Source: Escherichia phage PhaxI
Strand: one strand, 5' to 3'
Length of the DNA stretch: 64,000 bases
Sequence record: JN673056
Shown here: positions 37,451 through 47,142 of the stretch, piece by piece
Numbering within the stretch: position 1 is the first letter of the stretch
Layout of the letters: each line of letters begins with the position of its first letter
Translations under genes and position numbers: made by a program
The notes under the pieces: generated by a model
What the model saw: the letters and a program-made list of their open reading frames with translations, nothing else
The model's database searches: none
What the model was told of the DNA's origin: nothing

Positions 37451-38119
37451 TCAGCCCAGATGATTCAATGCTGCATCAAGGCGGCGCAGGAAATCGTCTT
37501 CAACCTGGATATTGGTTTTCACCAACTGGTCTACAACTTTCCCTTTAACATCACGAGGCATCCAAATACCCGAAGCCTCATCAAGCTGCCATTCAACAGA
37601 TTCACTCACAGCCTTAACATAACAAACTTGTCCAGAAGGACGGTCGACTGCATCAACAGCGGTGAGCATAAAGCCAGGTTGAACGTCATCATAACCGTTT
37701 ACTGACTTGGTCTCACCCAGGCCACGTGTAGACACGGCCAGATTGAAGTCTGCTTCGGCCAATGCACGTATGATTTGGCCTTTTGGTGTATTTAAAATTC
37801 GCGCCCGACCGATGGCATTAGTGCCTTCCCAGCGAAGGGATTCGGTTTTGAGTGCAGCTTCCACCAGATTAGGGAAAGGATAGTCAGGATGTGTGACTTC
37901 ACCGATTGCGCGACGATCTTGGATATACTCTTTGTCGTATGCTTCGACAGCAGGAATACCCACTTTCTGCAGATCATAGTTACGCCCGTTACGGTTGACT
38001 TGGTTACACATCACAAACGGACCTTCGATGAACATGGCCTTCCCACCAGTTGAGGTTGTGGCCTCACCGATTTGAAGATCCTTCCCTATCGCTGTGATCT
38101 CACGCAACAGTTTCATCAT
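37451..38119 (-). CDS. prohead protease (T4 gp21-like)
   Basis: Synteny (between gp68-like and gp22) and size 222 aa; not checked at motif level. Confidence 0.5.
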   Translation of the reverse strand: MMKLLREITAIGKDLQIGEATTSTGGKAMFIEGPFVMCNQVNRNGRNYDLQKVGIPAVEAYDKEYIQDRRAIGEVTHPDYPFPNLVEAALKTESLRWEGTNAIGRARILNTPKGQIIRALAEADFNLAVSTRGLGETKSVNGYDDVQPGFMLTAVDAVDRPSGQVCYVKAVSESVEWQLDEASGIWMPRDVKGKVVDQLVKTNIQVEDDFLRRLDAALNHLG

Positions 38120-38126
38120 AAACTCC

Positions 38127-38444
38127 TTACTTGTTCTTACTCAGTCCCATCATTTTGCGGAACTTCATAGCCTTTTTCTTGCGGCGCTCGATTTTACGTT
38201 GATAGCCCATTCCCATACGCTTTTTAGAGCGGAGGGCTTTGCGGTTGCCGATCTTGCGAACACGACGTTCGCTGGCGTCCATAACTTCACAACGTGAACC
38301 ATCAGCCGACAATTTGAACCCAGGGGCACATTTCAAGCGGCGGCGGCGTTTACCACGAGCGTTCACTTTATCGATGACTCGCTGCTCGTCCATACGAGAG
38401 GCCAGGAAATCAGCGAACGTGGCGATCTCTGTGATTTCCATCAT
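38127..38444 (-). CDS. basic prohead core/internal protein (gp68 position)
   Basis: Highly basic (KRRRRLK, RKKKAMKFRK); occupies T4 gene 68 position. Confidence 0.4.
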   Translation of the reverse strand: MMEITEIATFADFLASRMDEQRVIDKVNARGKRRRRLKCAPGFKLSADGSRCEVMDASERRVRKIGNRKALRSKKRMGMGYQRKIERRKKKAMKFRKMMGLSKNK

Positions 38445-38452
38445 GCATCTCC

Positions 38453-38623
38453 TTACTGGCCGTTGTTGTTTGAATTCATATCGGCTGCGATAGAATCCAG
38501 AACATATGCTGTGCCTTGGTTTAATAGTTCTTGACTACGTGCATCAAGTTCCATGTTGCATTCTGCAACAGCAGTTTCAGTGTCACCGTCAATTACTGCA
38601 CGAACGATATCAATTGCGCTCAT
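38453..38623 (-). CDS. small acidic protein (56 aa), gp67 position
   Basis: Not in ORF track (under 60 aa); ATG 38621-38623 with SD GGAGAT; MSAIDIVRAVIDGDTETAVAECNMELDARSQELLNQG... Confidence 0.4.
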   Translation of the reverse strand: MSAIDIVRAVIDGDTETAVAECNMELDARSQELLNQGTAYVLDSIAADMNSNNNGQ

Positions 38624-38650
38624 GATTTTGATCTCCGAATTAATTTTCTA

Positions 38651-38657
38651 TATTTAG
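38651..38657 (-). promoter_or_regulatory. late-promoter-like motif CTAAATA upstream of gp67-like gene
   Basis: Minus-strand AACTAAATATAG about 28 nt upstream of ATG. Confidence 0.35.
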
Positions 38658-38664
38658 TTGAACT

Positions 38665-40347
38665 TTAAATACTATCGTCTGTTGAACCGGAGAATGGGAT
38701 AGTCTCAGGTTTAAACTTCAACGGACTAACATCTGAACCGCTATAATTGCCAGTTTCATCTGCTTGAACCTTCGGATAGAGACCTTTCTTCTTCTCTTCC
38801 GCGATCTTAGCCTGTTGTTCTTTAACTTCTTCGTCTGACATACGCAGAACATTCCGCATGACATAATCGATGGAGAATATAGAACCAACAAAAGGCTCAA
38901 CAGTGTTCAGAGAAGCCAGGCGATCATTTAATATGGCGTTTTCTTGTTGCTCACGAATATAGCTATCAGAAGTGAATTCAAACTTAATAAACGGCTTGAT
39001 TTTTTCATTCCAATCTTTTTCGTCAGTCACGCCTTTCAAAATTAATTGGCGACGTAAAAACTCCATAAAGAAATGGGAGTAACGACGACGTAACCCAGCA
39101 CAGAACTTGCTGAAACGCAGCTCTTCCTGTGTAATCTCCGCGAGGTTGGAACCCCCAATGTTAATAGATCCTTCCTCTTGGAGGCGGCTCTTAGGGATCA
39201 TTAGAGCATCATAGAGTTTTTCACGGAAATAGTTCACGTGATCCATTTCGCCCAATTGATTCCCACCCCCAACAGTCGCAATCTCTGTAGCATTCTGACC
39301 TTCGCGGCGCGGCAACCAATAATCCTCTGCAATACCCATAAGATGGGCATTACCTGTTATCTTACCAGTGGTGCGGTCATATGCGTTGCGGTTTTTGAAT
39401 TTACCCATCATCATGGTCATGTATTCTTCAGCAGATTTCTTACCGAGAGTACCGACGTCAAGATAGAATGCGCGTTTCTCAGGGGCGCGAGTGATGGCAT
39501 AAATTACTGTTGCGTCTTCAGTCGTAACCAAGTTGTTCAACGGGCGGATTGCAGGATTTAAAAGCCCTGGGACAATACCGTTAGCCAATGGTTCTTCACC
39601 ACTATCGATATAAACGATACTTTCGTCATCAAACACGAGTTCTTGTTGTGAAGGTTGGAAGTTTTGAGAAGTACCTGATTGACCAGTGAATTGGTTCCGA
39701 TTATAATTCGGATTGTAATAGTATTTCAGCGTTACAGATTCGATCGCTTCTATACCACCTTCACGCATTGCCTTTTCAACGATGTACACAGGACGAATAC
39801 AACGAGAATCCAGCATGACCAATTTCTTGATCCCGCCCTTCTTATTCGTTGGGTCAACAATCACATGATACGCTTGTCGACCATCTACATACCATTTCCG
39901 AATCTTTTGATACGCCGTATTTTCAAAATCCATCAAATGAATCACTTCTTTGAAACATTCGGTGATAGATTCTTTGACTGATTCAGAAATACCATCAACT
40001 TTGTCAAGATTGACTGTCACCGGAGTTTCGTCTTCCTCACATGTGACAACGTCATTAACAATGATGTCCACAGCTTTGCGGATTTCTGGCTGCTGGGCCA
40101 TGGACTGATATTCTTCCACAACTGTTTTAACGCTGAGAAGTTCACTCTCAACGCCAACATAGTTGTAGGTGTTTGCACCGCCCTGAAGGATTATAGAACC
40201 GTCTTGAGCATCGTCCAGAGCAACAACTGTCGCCTTGGTGAGCAACAATTCATCTTGTTTTTGGGCTAACTTATCGGTGTCGACTTTGGCATTGACTAAA
40301 CCGCCGCCACCAAACAAACCGAAGAACCCCATGCCGTATCCAGCCAT
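38665..40347 (-). CDS. portal vertex protein (T4 gp20-like)
   Basis: VIYAITRAPEKRAFYLDVG..KFKNRNAYDRTTGKITGNAHLMGIAEDYWLPRREGQNATE matches remembered T4 gp20 ([50 protein letters not shown]). Confidence 0.85.
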   Translation of the reverse strand: MAGYGMGFFGLFGGGGLVNAKVDTDKLAQKQDELLLTKATVVALDDAQDGSIILQGGANTYNYVGVESELLSVKTVVEEYQSMAQQPEIRKAVDIIVNDVVTCEEDETPVTVNLDKVDGISESVKESITECFKEVIHLMDFENTAYQKIRKWYVDGRQAYHVIVDPTNKKGGIKKLVMLDSRCIRPVYIVEKAMREGGIEAIESVTLKYYYNPNYNRNQFTGQSGTSQNFQPSQQELVFDDESIVYIDSGEEPLANGIVPGLLNPAIRPLNNLVTTEDATVIYAITRAPEKRAFYLDVGTLGKKSAEEYMTMMMGKFKNRNAYDRTTGKITGNAHLMGIAEDYWLPRREGQNATEIATVGGGNQLGEMDHVNYFREKLYDALMIPKSRLQEEGSINIGGSNLAEITQEELRFSKFCAGLRRRYSHFFMEFLRRQLILKGVTDEKDWNEKIKPFIKFEFTSDSYIREQQENAILNDRLASLNTVEPFVGSIFSIDYVMRNVLRMSDEEVKEQQAKIAEEKKKGLYPKVQADETGNYSGSDVSPLKFKPETIPFSGSTDDSI

Positions 40348-40414
40348 GATCTAAGTCCTCAACGTTTTCTTGTAATTAGTGAGGGGGAATAACATTCCCC
40401 CAGCACCGAGGACA

Positions 40415-40948
40415 TTACAAAGACTTGTCAGAAACGGCTTGGAAATAACGCAAGTCGACAGTGAACTGTGTGTAAGAGTCCATTGCCGACATATCGAGTT
40501 CCAGTTGGCCGAGGTTTTGAGGCCAGCCGCCCTGTAAAGTCCATGTCTTAGTCACGTTGTCATTCGCGTCCAGAAGTTCCATGATGATATCACGGAAATA
40601 ATCATCTGGATTCGCGCTGGCGCGGTTGTTTTCACTACCGTTGATGAATTGCTGCCACACTTCAAAAGCATTGTATGGAGCGTTGTTCACCACGTTAATG
40701 AACGTCACAGGAAGCGCTTCGAAACGACGATCCCCTGGGAACGGAAGTTCACGTCCACCCCAGGGCACCAGAATTTCGCCCAGCTGACCTGTTGGGGTGT
40801 TGGTGGTTACAGCCAGCAAGGACACGTCACGAATTGTGTCGGAACCAGCAACAAAAGAAGGAAAGTTTACAGTCACACGCCAGCGGTGTTGGCGTTGTAC
40901 GCCGCCCCCTCGTGACATGGCTGCGCGAAACTCATTGACTGTCGCCAT
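40415..40948 (-). CDS. tail tube protein (T4 gp19-like)
   Basis: Synteny between gp18 and gp20; C-terminal LQGGWPQNLGQLELD resembles T4 gp19 IKGLWPTNVGELQLDW. Confidence 0.65.
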   Translation of the reverse strand: MATVNEFRAAMSRGGGVQRQHRWRVTVNFPSFVAGSDTIRDVSLLAVTTNTPTGQLGEILVPWGGRELPFPGDRRFEALPVTFINVVNNAPYNAFEVWQQFINGSENNRASANPDDYFRDIIMELLDANDNVTKTWTLQGGWPQNLGQLELDMSAMDSYTQFTVDLRYFQAVSDKSL

Positions 40949-40978
40949 TTTTATATCTCCAAATAAGAGTACACAATT

Positions 40979-41437
40979 CTAATTAGTCGTCAATCTTTTA
41001 ATCTTCATGGAAGAAAAATCAAATCCGTGGTCAACATTGCTTAAAACGGGTTCTATTTCACACAATTCCCAACGGGGATCTATGAGAGAAACAAGACCAA
41101 TGTGTTCACCTGTGGATGTCAATTTTGCTGCAGTTTTACCCAGCATATGACTTCCATCATTACCGCCTTTATTCATGTTGTAACCCATCTCATAAGAATT
41201 ATATTGAGCGATGAGTTGCTTCTCTAATTCCCATTTATGGACTTCATCGGTCTGAGCAATTACAACGAAAGTAAATCCAGATGTTCCATACTTACGCATG
41301 GCATCATACAATTCACTTTGGACTCCATGATGAAAAGCATTCGCAAAATGCTGATCATATCTTCGTTGTGGGTTATTGGTTACACCGATGTAGACCTTTC
41401 CATTAGTTATCGTTTCAATTTTGTATGCGTATATCAT
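40979..41437 (-). CDS. GIY-YIG homing endonuclease
   Basis: MIYAYKIETITNGKVYIGVTNNPQRRYDQHF is a canonical GIY-YIG motif with the conserved Arg; inserted between gp19 and gp18. Confidence 0.7.
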   Translation of the reverse strand: MIYAYKIETITNGKVYIGVTNNPQRRYDQHFANAFHHGVQSELYDAMRKYGTSGFTFVVIAQTDEVHKWELEKQLIAQYNSYEMGYNMNKGGNDGSHMLGKTAAKLTSTGEHIGLVSLIDPRWELCEIEPVLSNVDHGFDFSSMKIKRLTTN

Positions 41438-41504
41438 TTCAAATTCACCTCTATTTTATTTAGTGTTGAACAATTTCGGGGTATTATGCTCTTGGAGGTG
41501 TTAT

Positions 41505-42293
41505 ATGATCGGTCATATCTACATGTTAACCGTCGGTAAAAAGAAGTATATCGGACAAACTAGAAACGGCGTTGAGTATCGAGTAAATGAACATTTGGGT
41601 GAAGCAAGAAGAGGGAATAAAACTATCCTCTACAACTATATCCGAAAGTATGGAATTACCAGCCAAGAAATATTGCTAGAATGCCATGTCGATGACCTAA
41701 ACTCTAACGAAATTGAACTCATAAAATTGCATAAGACTCATATCTCTGAAGGTGGGCTGAATATCAGCCGTGGCGGTCAGATAGACATATCTGGTATGGC
41801 CGCAGCATATGATATAGAAAGCAGGGAATTCATCGGAATGAAACCAGTTAATGATGCTGGTTGGAATGTTTTGTTTGTGGCAAAACAATACGGTTTAGTA
41901 CATAAAGAAGAAAGTAAAACAAAAATGTCCCAATCCCAAGCGGTCGTGTGGACAGAAGAAAAGAAAGAATTGCAATCCCGGCGAATTACAAAGGCATACG
42001 AGAATCCAAAATGTAAAGAAAATCTTCGTATCGCTATGAACAAAGTGCGTATGAATCCTGAATTTCAAGAGAAAATAAATCGATCTCTCGGGAGATGGTT
42101 TACACTTCTTTCACCAGCTGGTGAAGAATATGAAATCAAGAATCTAAACAAATTTTGTCAAGAACAATGTTTGTGTATAGAATCTTTCAACATGGCATTA
42201 GCTGGAAGGATGCAGAATCCCATCCCTAAACCTTACAGGAAATCTTCATTGAAGAGAACAAATACCACAGGATGGCATATCAGTAGGAAATAA
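41505..42293 (+). CDS. GIY-YIG homing endonuclease (Seg-like), plus-strand
   Basis: ATG 41505 with SD GGAGGTG; HIYMLTVGKKKYIGQTRNGVEYRVNEH canonical GIY-YIG; divergent from adjacent minus-strand GIY-YIG gene. Confidence 0.7.
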   Translation: MIGHIYMLTVGKKKYIGQTRNGVEYRVNEHLGEARRGNKTILYNYIRKYGITSQEILLECHVDDLNSNEIELIKLHKTHISEGGLNISRGGQIDISGMAAAYDIESREFIGMKPVNDAGWNVLFVAKQYGLVHKEESKTKMSQSQAVVWTEEKKELQSRRITKAYENPKCKENLRIAMNKVRMNPEFQEKINRSLGRWFTLLSPAGEEYEIKNLNKFCQEQCLCIESFNMALAGRMQNPIPKPYRKSSLKRTNTTGWHISRK

Positions 42294-42316
42294 AAACCCC
42301 GCCGAAGCGGGGTTGT
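42293..42316. terminator. bidirectional terminator (CCCCGC-CGAA-GCGGGG) shared by plus-strand HEG and minus-strand gp18
   Basis: A-run before and T-rich run after stem on both strands. Confidence 0.65.
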
Positions 42317-42320
42317 TGTC

Positions 42321-44216
42321 TTAGGATGCAGCAACGATGCCGCCGCCTGATTCGATCTCGGAGAATTCCATATCTGGTCGAACTGCAGCAAAATCCAAAT
42401 ATACCCAATTAATGCTGTACTCAGGCTTCAACCAAATGCCTGCAACCATGGTGTTGGCTGCGATAACATCAGCAGTGTTGTTATCTTCGTCACACTTGAC
42501 TTTACCATCGTAGATCGCACCCATATTTGCCAGTTGGCGAATATAAGGACGAACAGCGTTGCTGAACAGGCTGCGAGTGAACGCATCATTGTTCTCACCA
42601 AGGTAATATTTGGCGATTGCAGCGATGTTCTGTTCTGCCATAATGAACAAGCCACGAACATTGATACGATCGAAAGCAGACGGACGAGTCAGGCCAGTTT
42701 TGTCACCATACAACACGATACCTTCATTGGAGAAGGTTACGATGCTGTTAATCTGGTTGCGGTACAACACGGCACGTTCATCGGAAGACGCAGACCACGC
42801 CATTCGATTGTAGTTGTTGTATTTGCCACGGTTGTGGAACGCAGGAGATTTGTAGATACCCGCGATTTCAATGCTTCGCGCCCAAACACCTGCGGTGCCA
42901 CCACAAGCCGGAATCCAACGCATTTTGTCGTTGTACTTGTCGTACACATATGCCCAGTTATCATCCATGAAGAAATAAGAAGAGTCGCGAACAAGGCTTT
43001 CACGCCAAGCAACGACATCATCCATTTCACGACCACGGTTGCCAACAACCGTATCACGGAGCGGGGATACGAAAGATACCGTATCTTTTCGCTCAGTAGA
43101 TAAGTCGATCAATGCTTGTTGCTCAATCAGTTCTTCACAGTACGCAAATACTGGCTTCGCATCATATGCTTCAGCATTGTTCAAGACTTGGATAGCTGCC
43201 ACGCGGTTGATGTTATAATCGTCTACGCCGCCTTCTAATTCAACAACACCTGCGGACAGAGCGGTAGCGAAGGTGTACACCCAATTTGATGTATCATTGA
43301 TGACATCTTTGAAGTACGCATTCGCGCCATCGGACTTTTTGGAACCCTGTGTGTTCTGCATGAGTTCGTATTTTTCGATAATAGAACCAGATGCGCCAAC
43401 AGTGGTAATCACGGCGGTTGCAGTCAGCCCCTTATCATCTGGAACAATAGCAGTAACTGTCTGGGGACCAATAGCTTTATGGGTCACGATGACAGTGTTG
43501 GACTTCACGACAACAGAAGAATAAACACTTGTCAGGGAAGTTAGTGCTGTACCGATTTTGGTTGCCAAATCGGCTGGAGTATCAGTATCCAGATATGCGA
43601 TATCTTCACCTGCCACACTGATGGTGCCAGCAGCAGTAGCCGTACCAGAAACGGAGATACGGTCAACCTGACCGACCGCGCCAGCAGAGTCGGTAATGCG
43701 ACCAACTTTGTCTACGACAACTACATGGAATTCACCAGACTGAGGTGCGTATGCAAAGTTATTACGGAATTCCCAAGTTGAGAATCCAGCAGCATCACAA
43801 ACATTGATAGCAATATCATTACCCAGGGAACCTGGATAACGACCAGTCCAAGTGATGGACGCCGAAGGACTTGCTGTTTCAAAATCCAGTTTGTTTTTGA
43901 TCGCAATCGCTGTCTGACCTTTGGTAACAGAGTTCTTGGCCAGAGGACCAACAACACGGGTCACCCATGCCATAGAGCTGTAAGACAAAAAGTCCGCGAT
44001 TACGAGAAAATCGGTCGCAGTACTGTCGTTGGGTTTGAAGAATTTCTTCACCAAACCTGTCTCACCACCAGTCACCAGCACTGGAAGTTCAACTTCACCC
44101 CATTGAAATTTGCCGACGGTCGCGCCCTGAACAACAACGGACGGGGACGTCTGAAGCGTGGCATCACGCTCAGTCCACTGAACGGACGGCGCAACGCTGA
44201 AGCTTTGAGTTGCCAT
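42321..44216 (-). CDS. tail sheath protein (T4 gp18-like)
   Basis: N-terminus MATQSF..GKFQWGEVELP matches T4 gp18 GKFQWGPAFQ; start set to ATG 44214-44216 with SD AAGGAA (track starts at TTG 44249). Confidence 0.85.
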   Translation of the reverse strand: MATQSFSVAPSVQWTERDATLQTSPSVVVQGATVGKFQWGEVELPVLVTGGETGLVKKFFKPNDSTATDFLVIADFLSYSSMAWVTRVVGPLAKNSVTKGQTAIAIKNKLDFETASPSASITWTGRYPGSLGNDIAINVCDAAGFSTWEFRNNFAYAPQSGEFHVVVVDKVGRITDSAGAVGQVDRISVSGTATAAGTISVAGEDIAYLDTDTPADLATKIGTALTSLTSVYSSVVVKSNTVIVTHKAIGPQTVTAIVPDDKGLTATAVITTVGASGSIIEKYELMQNTQGSKKSDGANAYFKDVINDTSNWVYTFATALSAGVVELEGGVDDYNINRVAAIQVLNNAEAYDAKPVFAYCEELIEQQALIDLSTERKDTVSFVSPLRDTVVGNRGREMDDVVAWRESLVRDSSYFFMDDNWAYVYDKYNDKMRWIPACGGTAGVWARSIEIAGIYKSPAFHNRGKYNNYNRMAWSASSDERAVLYRNQINSIVTFSNEGIVLYGDKTGLTRPSAFDRINVRGLFIMAEQNIAAIAKYYLGENNDAFTRSLFSNAVRPYIRQLANMGAIYDGKVKCDEDNNTADVIAANTMVAGIWLKPEYSINWVYLDFAAVRPDMEFSEIESGGGIVAAS

Positions 44217-44258
44217 AATATCATTCCTTCTCGGTAGAGTTTCGCTCAATTTGAAAGA

Positions 44259-44265
44259 TATTTAG
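44259..44265 (-). promoter_or_regulatory. late-promoter-like motif CTAAATA between terminase stop and gp18 start
   Basis: Minus-strand CACTAAATATC about 40 nt upstream of gp18 ATG. Confidence 0.4.
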
Positions 44266-44268
44266 TGA

Positions 44269-46479
44269 TCAATTCTTAAACCACTCATCCATGGTCATCC
44301 CTGACATTTCGTTGAAAACTTGAATACCCCCGAAACCAGGCAAATGCTCAGTTTCGGATGGGGTGTCTCCAACGACTAAACCGCCAAATGGGAATACCTG
44401 CTGGGATTCAGTTGAAGACATTCGGTTTCTCATGTCCTGAGAAATACTTGTAGATGTCAAGTCACTGAACCATTCTTGTTTTACCGCCCATGAATATAAG
44501 ACCAACGGCATGACACAGTCATCGTGACAACCGTCATCGGCTTCATACCGAGCGCCTTTGAACACAAATGTACTGAGTTCATCTATCGTGTCCTGGTCTT
44601 CTATCACCAACATTTCTTTCTCAATGAGCGCTTTCAGGTTAGCACAACCGATAGATCGGACTTTTCTGTTGGTATTGATACCAGGTTCCGGTTTACGTCC
44701 ACCAATCCGTTTCCCCGTCCCTTTGTTATCTGTTGATGTGAATATGATTTCTGGATATTCTATCTCTTGATAAAGAATTGTAATAACCTGACCGCCGACG
44801 TCGTTGTTTGTTTCAACAAGGACAGGACATTCCCCGTATTCGGTGCACATATCAGCTATCGTGTATGCATACATCATAGGAGGTATCGTATTATTCCTGT
44901 ACTTGGCTGCTATGACATGCGGATATTCAGTTATATCCAGAATTGTTAAGACGGAATAATCTCCTTCCACCCCCTTCCCAGTGTCCGCAATCCCAAAGTA
45001 GAGACGTTGTGGGTCGTATTCCTTATAAATCTTGGTGAATTCATTAGGTTCCCGATACAACTTGGACGTCATTTTATCTAAGCATTTGGCCGGAATCAAT
45101 GAACCCACGGAACCACGGAACTTAATGCCAAATTCTTGATCGAAACGAGCATCCCCCAGACGGGCACGTTGTTTGGTTTCCCAATCTGGATCTTTGGTAT
45201 ATGCCGGAACCTTATACCATGGGACTTCAGTTAGGTGGAAGTCGTTGTATGGTGGATGGCGTGGATCTGCTTTGGTGACAATATCATAGAACAACCCTCG
45301 CTGGCCTTTCGGAGTACTTGTCAAAATACAGCGTGATGTATCGGCAGATGCAATGGCTGGGAAAGTTGATTCCCAAAATTCAAAGTCGTTTTCGATAAAC
45401 GCGACTTCGTCAACATACAGGAGCGATCGACGACCACGGATGGAGTTCCGAAGACTCGTGGCATAAGCGTATATCTTAGAACCATTCTCAAACTCTATCA
45501 GGGTAGAACCAAACTTCTCACAACCCTGCTGAAGGAAGAATGGAAGGTCTTGGTATGCCTTTCTGATACGGTCAAGAATTTCTATCGCTTGTTTCTCTTT
45601 GTTTGCCAGTACTGCGATTTCCTTATCAGAATGGAACATCGCGTACCAAAGAAGAAACGCCGCCACCACGGTCGTGTTATGACTGAGAAAGCCATTCGTG
45701 TAATAACGTTGATCACTAGATTTGACCTGCAGATCGTACATATGGTGATATTCACCAGTCTGCCAAATCTCACGGATTTCTTCTGGACCTTCGGTCGTCA
45801 TGATGTATGACCCAGCATTCAGGTCTTTGGCAAATATCTCCTTCATGTCCGGAGTGAAGAACATATGTTCATCGGCCACGTTAATTCGCCTTCCGGTAAC
45901 GGTGACAATAACGAATTCCGCATATTTCTTCGTCTTATGCGCTGCGATAACCGGAACCCAGCCACTATCGGATTGTACAAAGTAACGTTTGCCGAAGCGG
46001 CTGTCCACGAACTTGTCATGGTTGCCAATGGTATTCAGCGGCACAGCGTGGTTGACGTCCTCGAAGCGGCTGTGAAGCTCCCCTATAGTCAGGAGCAACT
46101 CCTCTTGGCTGAGAGTATCGTAAACTGTGACAAGCGTGTCGCCTTTTACACATTTTCCGGACTGACGAGCCTGGACGACCGCATTAAATCGATAGTCCTG
46201 AAAGTCGTGGAACAACTGCTTCTGATAATCATGCATATCGAAAAGGATAAAGCCCTTATCGATCGTGGTTATCTTGTAATAGTTGGCGGCGAAGTAGTGT
46301 GCATCCATAGAACATTCAACGAATTCGTCTTCTTGTTCATCTGTCAGCATTAACTCGACTCGAGGAGCACGCACAGAAAGTTTGCGCATGAACGTTTGGT
46401 CCATACGCAATTTTACATCGTCTATTTTGAACCCCGTTTTAATTGGGGCATATTCTATATCACGCTTCTGATACGCCAT
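44269..46479 (-). CDS. terminase large subunit (T4 gp17-like) interrupted by a mini-intein
   Basis: C-terminal nuclease/ATPase blocks (LLYVDEVAFIENDFEFW, ILTSTPKGQRGLFYDI) match remembered T4 gp17; Walker A ARQSGK is separated from its TTVVAAFL continuation by a 159-aa insert. Confidence 0.9.
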   Translation of the reverse strand: MAYQKRDIEYAPIKTGFKIDDVKLRMDQTFMRKLSVRAPRVELMLTDEQEDEFVECSMDAHYFAANYYKITTIDKGFILFDMHDYQKQLFHDFQDYRFNAVVQARQSGKCVKGDTLVTVYDTLSQEELLLTIGELHSRFEDVNHAVPLNTIGNHDKFVDSRFGKRYFVQSDSGWVPVIAAHKTKKYAEFVIVTVTGRRINVADEHMFFTPDMKEIFAKDLNAGSYIMTTEGPEEIREIWQTGEYHHMYDLQVKSSDQRYYTNGFLSHNTTVVAAFLLWYAMFHSDKEIAVLANKEKQAIEILDRIRKAYQDLPFFLQQGCEKFGSTLIEFENGSKIYAYATSLRNSIRGRRSLLYVDEVAFIENDFEFWESTFPAIASADTSRCILTSTPKGQRGLFYDIVTKADPRHPPYNDFHLTEVPWYKVPAYTKDPDWETKQRARLGDARFDQEFGIKFRGSVGSLIPAKCLDKMTSKLYREPNEFTKIYKEYDPQRLYFGIADTGKGVEGDYSVLTILDITEYPHVIAAKYRNNTIPPMMYAYTIADMCTEYGECPVLVETNNDVGGQVITILYQEIEYPEIIFTSTDNKGTGKRIGGRKPEPGINTNRKVRSIGCANLKALIEKEMLVIEDQDTIDELSTFVFKGARYEADDGCHDDCVMPLVLYSWAVKQEWFSDLTSTSISQDMRNRMSSTESQQVFPFGGLVVGDTPSETEHLPGFGGIQVFNEMSGMTMDEWFKN
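45676..46152 (-). mobile_element. mini-intein (Hint domain only, 159 aa) inserted in the terminase Walker A P-loop
   Basis: Insert begins Cys (CVKGDTLV, block A), contains VYDLQV...NGFLSHN ending in His-Asn, and is followed by Thr (+1 nucleophile) that completes QSGK-T of the P-loop; no homing endonuclease domain. Confidence 0.75.
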
Positions 46480-47140
46480 CGTCTTCTTCCTTCACATCAA
46501 CTGTTTCACCATCAATGATTTCATCTTCTGGTTGTTGTGCGGCCTTTGCTTGTGCTCTTTCTTCAGCGCGACGGCGGGCATCTTCAATCGTCTTCAATAA
46601 ATCGCGAGAAGATCGCGCCTTTTTCCCAACCGATACTGTTGTTGTTCCGTCTGGTGAAGTTGTAACATCCACTGTCGTGTCATCAACAGGTGGTTCTTTA
46701 TCACCTGTTACTGCCTTGATGGTTTTCTGGTTTTCCATCAAGTCTTTATTCAGACCGCGCATGAGTTCACCCAATTCACGGAAAACAGAAAATGCTCGCG
46801 GAGCTTCTGTGGATGCAGCCAATTTAGCGGCTTGTCCCATCATGAACATTGTGGCTTCTTGCATAGCATATGTTGTGTCGCGTATCCGTTTGTAATCCGT
46901 TGTAGCATCAGTGTCCGCAAACTCAGGTACTTTGGATTCCTTGGAAGCAATATCCTCCAATGAAGGCGGTTCAGGAATCGGCTGATACCCTTCCGGACGT
47001 TCACCAAACCATTCACCTGTATTTTCATCGAAGTCAATACCTGGACGAGGGGCGACAGCCTCCATCGCCTCCTTCCCGACTTCGTCTCGGGCAGTCACTG
47101 CATCAAGCGTGGCGAGTAACCTTTCTGACATATTGCTCAT
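46460..47140 (-). CDS. terminase small subunit (gp16 position)
   Basis: Directly upstream of and overlapping terminase large subunit; acidic C-terminus; start set to ATG 47138-47140 with SD GGAGG. Confidence 0.6.
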   Translation of the reverse strand: MSNMSERLLATLDAVTARDEVGKEAMEAVAPRPGIDFDENTGEWFGERPEGYQPIPEPPSLEDIASKESKVPEFADTDATTDYKRIRDTTYAMQEATMFMMGQAAKLAASTEAPRAFSVFRELGELMRGLNKDLMENQKTIKAVTGDKEPPVDDTTVDVTTSPDGTTTVSVGKKARSSRDLLKTIEDARRRAEERAQAKAAQQPEDEIIDGETVDVKEEDDGVSEA

Positions 47141-47142
47141 GA

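Noticed and set aside
44217-44249. Upstream TTG start for tail sheath gene given in ORF track (also 47146, 4890, 5429, 8377, 50367)
   Set aside because: ORF track begins at non-ATG codons; in each case an in-frame ATG with a Shine-Dalgarno sequence and agreement with remembered T4 N-termini lies downstream, so the shorter CDS was reported.
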